DNA of 9,032 nucleotides from a virus (Duplodnaviria; Heunggongvirae; Uroviricota; Caudoviricetes): IMG/VR virus record IMGVR_UViG_2693429599_000008; one strand, 5' to 3'. Shown piece by piece: positions 6,408 to 9,032 of this stretch (position 1 is its first letter; each line of letters starts with the position of its first letter). The notes under the pieces were generated by a model. It saw only the letters and a program-made list of their open reading frames with translations, ran no database searches and was not told where the DNA came from. The position numbers and the translations under genes were made by a program.

Positions 6408-7094
6408 TCACTCCTTCTCTTCTTTTCCGTAGTGGAGTTGGCCAATTTTGATAAGAGGGCGTCCCTGAGATTTGCGGTGTAGATTGGTATCGCGCAGAGA
6501 ATACACACAGCCACAATATTCCTGCTGATAGAATTTTTCGCGCTTGCTGATTTCAATCATACGGGACGAGCCGCCCTGCTTGCGCCAGTTATAATCCCAG
6601 TACACCATACCCGGATAATGCGCAACAGCTCGCCGCCCACACTCGTTAACCTGCTGCATATTTTTCCAGCGTGAAATGCCCAGTGAACTGCTGATCACAC
6701 TGAAACCATTTTCAGCAGCGTACAACGCTGTCCGCTCAAAACGCATGTCAAAACACATGGTACAACGGATCCCCCTCTCAGGCTCCCATTCCATTCCTTT
6801 GGCACGTTCAAACCAGTTGTCGGTGTCGTAATCAGCATCGATAAACGGCACGCCGTGTTGTTCAGCAAAGCGAATATTTTCATCCTTACGAATTAAATAC
6901 TCTTTCTGAGGATGAATGTTCGGGTTGTAGAAAAAGATGGTGTAGTCGATTCCCGAGGCCTGAAGCGCCTCCATCACTTCACCGGAACATGGAGCACAGC
7001 AAGAGTGCAGTAGTAGTTTGTTTGCCCCGTTTGGGAGCTCCAATTTAGGCCGTTTGAAATCAGCAATAGTCATAAATATTTTTATTGGGGTCAT
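6408..7094 (-). CDS. queH: Epoxyqueuosine reductase QueH-like protein (DUF208 family), about 221-228 aa
   Basis: Translation carries the '[11 protein letters not shown]' motif plus 'FYNPNIHP' and C-terminal 'YCGCVYS' cysteine motifs, which I recognise as DUF208/QueH hallmarks. No strong SD at either candidate ATG (7094 or 7073). Confidence 0.7.
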   Translation of the reverse strand: MTPIKIFMTIADFKRPKLELPNGANKLLLHSCCAPCSGEVMEALQASGIDYTIFFYNPNIHPQKEYLIRKDENIRFAEQHGVPFIDADYDTDNWFERAKGMEWEPERGIRCTMCFDMRFERTALYAAENGFSVISSSLGISRWKNMQQVNECGRRAVAHYPGMVYWDYNWRKQGGSSRMIEISKREKFYQQEYCGCVYSLRDTNLHRKSQGRPLIKIGQLHYGKEEKE

Positions 7095-7247
7095 GAAAAT
7101 AGCACAGAGTGTAGCATCAGAGCAGGTCTATCGGGAATATATGTCTAAATCTGGTAATATCTGGTTTTGACGCAAAGCGGACAACCACGCTGGCTCTACC
7201 CTGCGCCATGAAAATGTCAATTCACATCTGAACTAATGCTCTTTAAT

Positions 7248-7673
7248 CTAGTAACGTCTAAAATACCTAACATTTCCTTGATAAAATGCCAGTACACGCT
7301 GCATAGCTTCGCTCTTCCGGCACTCGCGACAGATTATATTCAGGCGCCTGTCGTAGCGGCGTATTTCGCCGTCTGGTAACGACCAGATAAGGTCCGGATC
7401 AACCACTGCAGGTTTCTTCACCTTTGCCCTTGAGAGTTTTTTGCGAGCATTTTGCCAGTCCTTACGCGCCTGTTCAGACGGGAATAACCCGTAACCAGAG
7501 TTGTATACATCGCCACTGGCAACCAGCTCTCTGGCGAGAACACTCATCAGATATCTTGTCGCACCTGTCCTGGCTTCCAGTTGCCGCAACGTCTCGCGAC
7601 CGCTCAGACGTACAAGTTCAACAACCTGCCCTTTAATTTTTTCCCGCTCTTCTTGTGTAAATACTTTTGCCAT
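7248..7673 (-). CDS. Hypothetical protein (141 aa from ATG 7671-7673) with predicted N-terminal winged-helix-like region
   Basis: ORF 7248-7688 begins at TTG directly after the upstream stop; the first ATG (MAKVFTQ..) is at 7671-7673, 15 nt after that stop. 'GRETLRQLEARTGATRYLMSVLARELVASG' looks like a DNA-binding helix pair. No family recognised. Confidence 0.55.
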   Translation of the reverse strand: MAKVFTQEEREKIKGQVVELVRLSGRETLRQLEARTGATRYLMSVLARELVASGDVYNSGYGLFPSEQARKDWQNARKKLSRAKVKKPAVVDPDLIWSLPDGEIRRYDRRLNIICRECRKSEAMQRVLAFYQGNVRYFRRY

Positions 7674-7688
7674 AAGCGCCTCCGGCAA

Positions 7689-8243
7689 TCACTTTTCCGA
7701 TACAACACGGCGGGAAGAATCAGTAATCTGTCGAACAATATCCCGGTGCTTGTTCAGCTCCCGCAGCGCGGCGCAGACTCGCTCCCACTTCTGAACATCA
7801 CTTTTCGCCCTGCGCAGCGCCAGGTTTGCCCTGCGAAGGGACGGAAAAATCAGCTCATCTGCTTGCGTTTCGGTAAACGATGGCAACGGCTGCACAATGT
7901 CCGCCACAGTTTCTGTTTTAATTTCTTCCTGTGTTGCGGCTTCCCGGACTGGTAACGCAGCACCTGCTGGCTGAGGAAAGGCCTTACCATCACTTTCCGT
8001 TACCAGCGCGGCTTTCGGCTCTGCTGGTAAATTATCGCCCGGCATGCAGTAACGAAATTTACCGTTCTGATTAACGCGTGCCAGCCGCCCCGTTGCGGTT
8101 ACCACCGCCAGCGTGGAAGCAACCTTGCGAGTACTGACACCGAACTTACCCGCCAGTTCCTCACACGTTTTAGCCCCATCCTGACCGATAAACTCAATCA
8201 TCATGTCTGCGGTAACTTTTTGTTCGACCTCCCCGGTCAGCAT
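7689..8243 (-). CDS. Hypothetical protein (184 aa from ATG 8241-8243) with N-terminal winged-helix-like domain, Pro/Ala-rich linker and helical basic C-terminus
   Basis: ORF 7689-8288 begins at GTG with an anti-SD-like upstream sequence; the ATG at 8241-8243 has AGGA just upstream. 'TCEELAGKFGVSTRKVASTLAVVTATGRLARV' is HTH-like. No S24 peptidase motif, so not a CI-type repressor. Confidence 0.55.
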   Translation of the reverse strand: MLTGEVEQKVTADMMIEFIGQDGAKTCEELAGKFGVSTRKVASTLAVVTATGRLARVNQNGKFRYCMPGDNLPAEPKAALVTESDGKAFPQPAGAALPVREAATQEEIKTETVADIVQPLPSFTETQADELIFPSLRRANLALRRAKSDVQKWERVCAALRELNKHRDIVRQITDSSRRVVSEK

Positions 8244-8338
8244 ATCCTGTGCTTCAGATTTTACTGGCCGCTCTTCGGTTAACGTCACCTGGAGGCACCA
8301 GGCACCGCATCACAAAATTCATTGTTGAGGACGCGATA

Positions 8339-8527
8339 ATGGAAACGTTATTACCAAACGTTAATACGTCTGAAGGTTGTTTTGATATTGGTGTTCTGCT
8401 CAGTAACCGGGAGTTTACGGAAGATGCCATTAAGATGAGAAAATATGAACCTTATCTTCTCAATGATAATTCCATACTTTCCAGAATTGCCCTTCTTGAA
8501 CTTGGTATTATCGGAGAACAGCAGTGA
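8339..8527 (+). CDS. Hypothetical small protein (62 aa)
   Basis: ATG at 8339 with GAGGA 7 nt upstream (8327-8331); AT-rich; stop overlaps the next ORF start (GTGA). Confidence 0.35.
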   Translation: METLLPNVNTSEGCFDIGVLLSNREFTEDAIKMRKYEPYLLNDNSILSRIALLELGIIGEQQ

Positions 8528-8712
8528 CTTCAGCATTTGCACTGGTGATGACCGTTTTTCTTATAACGGGTGAGCCACAAAATGTGATTACCGGAATTTA
8601 TGACAGTAAGTCATCCTGCATTCAGGTAAGGGACGAACAAAAAATCCCCGGTGAATGCCTCCCGTTAAAAAAAGTATCGCTGAACCTGAATAACGAAATA
8701 CCGGCTGGATAA
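8524..8712 (+). CDS. Hypothetical small protein (62 aa) with hydrophobic N-terminus
   Basis: GTG start overlapping the preceding stop; 'SAFALVMTVFLITG' could be a TM segment or signal peptide; two Cys residues. Confidence 0.3.
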   Translation: MTSAFALVMTVFLITGEPQNVITGIYDSKSSCIQVRDEQKIPGECLPLKKVSLNLNNEIPAG

Positions 8713-8807
8713 CTCGCCAGCCATATTAACGCCATACCAACGGATTAAAAATGCCAGCAATGGCAGGGATTCGTTCACCCTGAAATCTGTAATGAGGTTA
8801 AAACAAA

Positions 8808-9032
8808 ATGAGTAAAGTCTTTATTTGCGCCGCCATTCCGGACGAACAGGCAATAAAGGAAGAAGGTGCCGTCGCTGTAGCCACTGCCATTGAAGCCGGT
8901 GATGAACGTCGCGCCCGCGCAAAATTTCACTGGCAATTCCTGGAACATAATCCGGCTGCTCAGGACTGCGCTTATAAATTTCTTGTCTGCGAGGATAAAC
9001 CCGGTATACCCCGCCCTGCCCTCGATTCCTGG
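8808..9032 (+). CDS. Hypothetical protein, 5' portion only (75 codons, runs off the window end)
   Basis: ATG at 8808-8810 with GAGG about 10 nt upstream (aatgaggttaaaacaaaATG); open to the window end: 'MSKVFICAAIPDEQAIKEEGAVAVATAIEAGDERRARAKFHWQFLEHNPAAQDCAYKFLVCEDKPGIPRPALDSW'. Not recognised. Confidence 0.45.
   Translation, partial: MSKVFICAAIPDEQAIKEEGAVAVATAIEAGDERRARAKFHWQFLEHNPAAQDCAYKFLVCEDKPGIPRPALDSW

Noticed and set aside
6695-6883. 62-aa minus-strand ORF inside queH
   Set aside because: Alternative frame of the queH-like gene.
5848-7247. tRNA genes, as found between Q and the cargo genes in Stx-type phages
   Set aside because: No T-loop-like GGTTCGAATCC-type motif or cloverleaf-compatible segment seen on either strand of the intergenic regions.
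7248-7688. Q antiterminator identity for the 146-aa protein
   Set aside because: No Cys4 zinc-finger signature of lambda Q or the QuuD-type cysteine cluster; only a single CxxC pair.
7424-7955. Plus-strand ORFs 7424-7636, 7501-7794 and 7581-7955
   Set aside because: Antisense to the two wHTH genes, which are coupled and protein-like; no start signals.
8351-8542. 63-aa minus-strand ORF
   Set aside because: Antisense to the plus-strand small ORFs, which have an RBS and coupled start/stop; Lys/Ile/Phe-rich translation typical of AT-rich antisense.
1-9032. CRISPR array, IS element or integron features
   Set aside because: No regularly spaced direct repeats, no transposase-like ORF, no terminal inverted repeats bracketing a segment, and no attC-like structures noticed.

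Overview
This window reads as the distal end of a degraded lambdoid prophage of the EHEC/EPEC type, with almost all genes on the minus strand. From right to left: two coupled genes for predicted winged-helix proteins, a queH-like gene, a complete hok/sok type I toxin-antitoxin module, a 335-aa gene of uncertain product, a tandem pair of promoter-plus-hairpin units, a phage-21-type pinholin, an AT-rich reverse-oriented insert with a 104-aa ORF, a SAR endolysin, a truncated Rz fused out of frame to a J-like tail-protein C-terminus, a lom-like remnant, two paralogous small ORFs, and an NleB-family type III effector (nleB2-like). No Q antiterminator, terminase, head or tail genes are present, and the spanin is disrupted, so the element looks defective but retains cargo genes. 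The right edge (8339 onward) holds divergently oriented small plus-strand ORFs of unknown function. I could not single out one clearly novel system; the most unusual unexplained signals are the tandem promoter-hairpin units at 4561-4841, the X1/X2 paralog pair at 1158-1740, the 104-aa ORF between holin and endolysin, and the wHTH gene pair at 7248-8288. All family assignments come from reading the translations against remembered family hallmarks; no database search was run.
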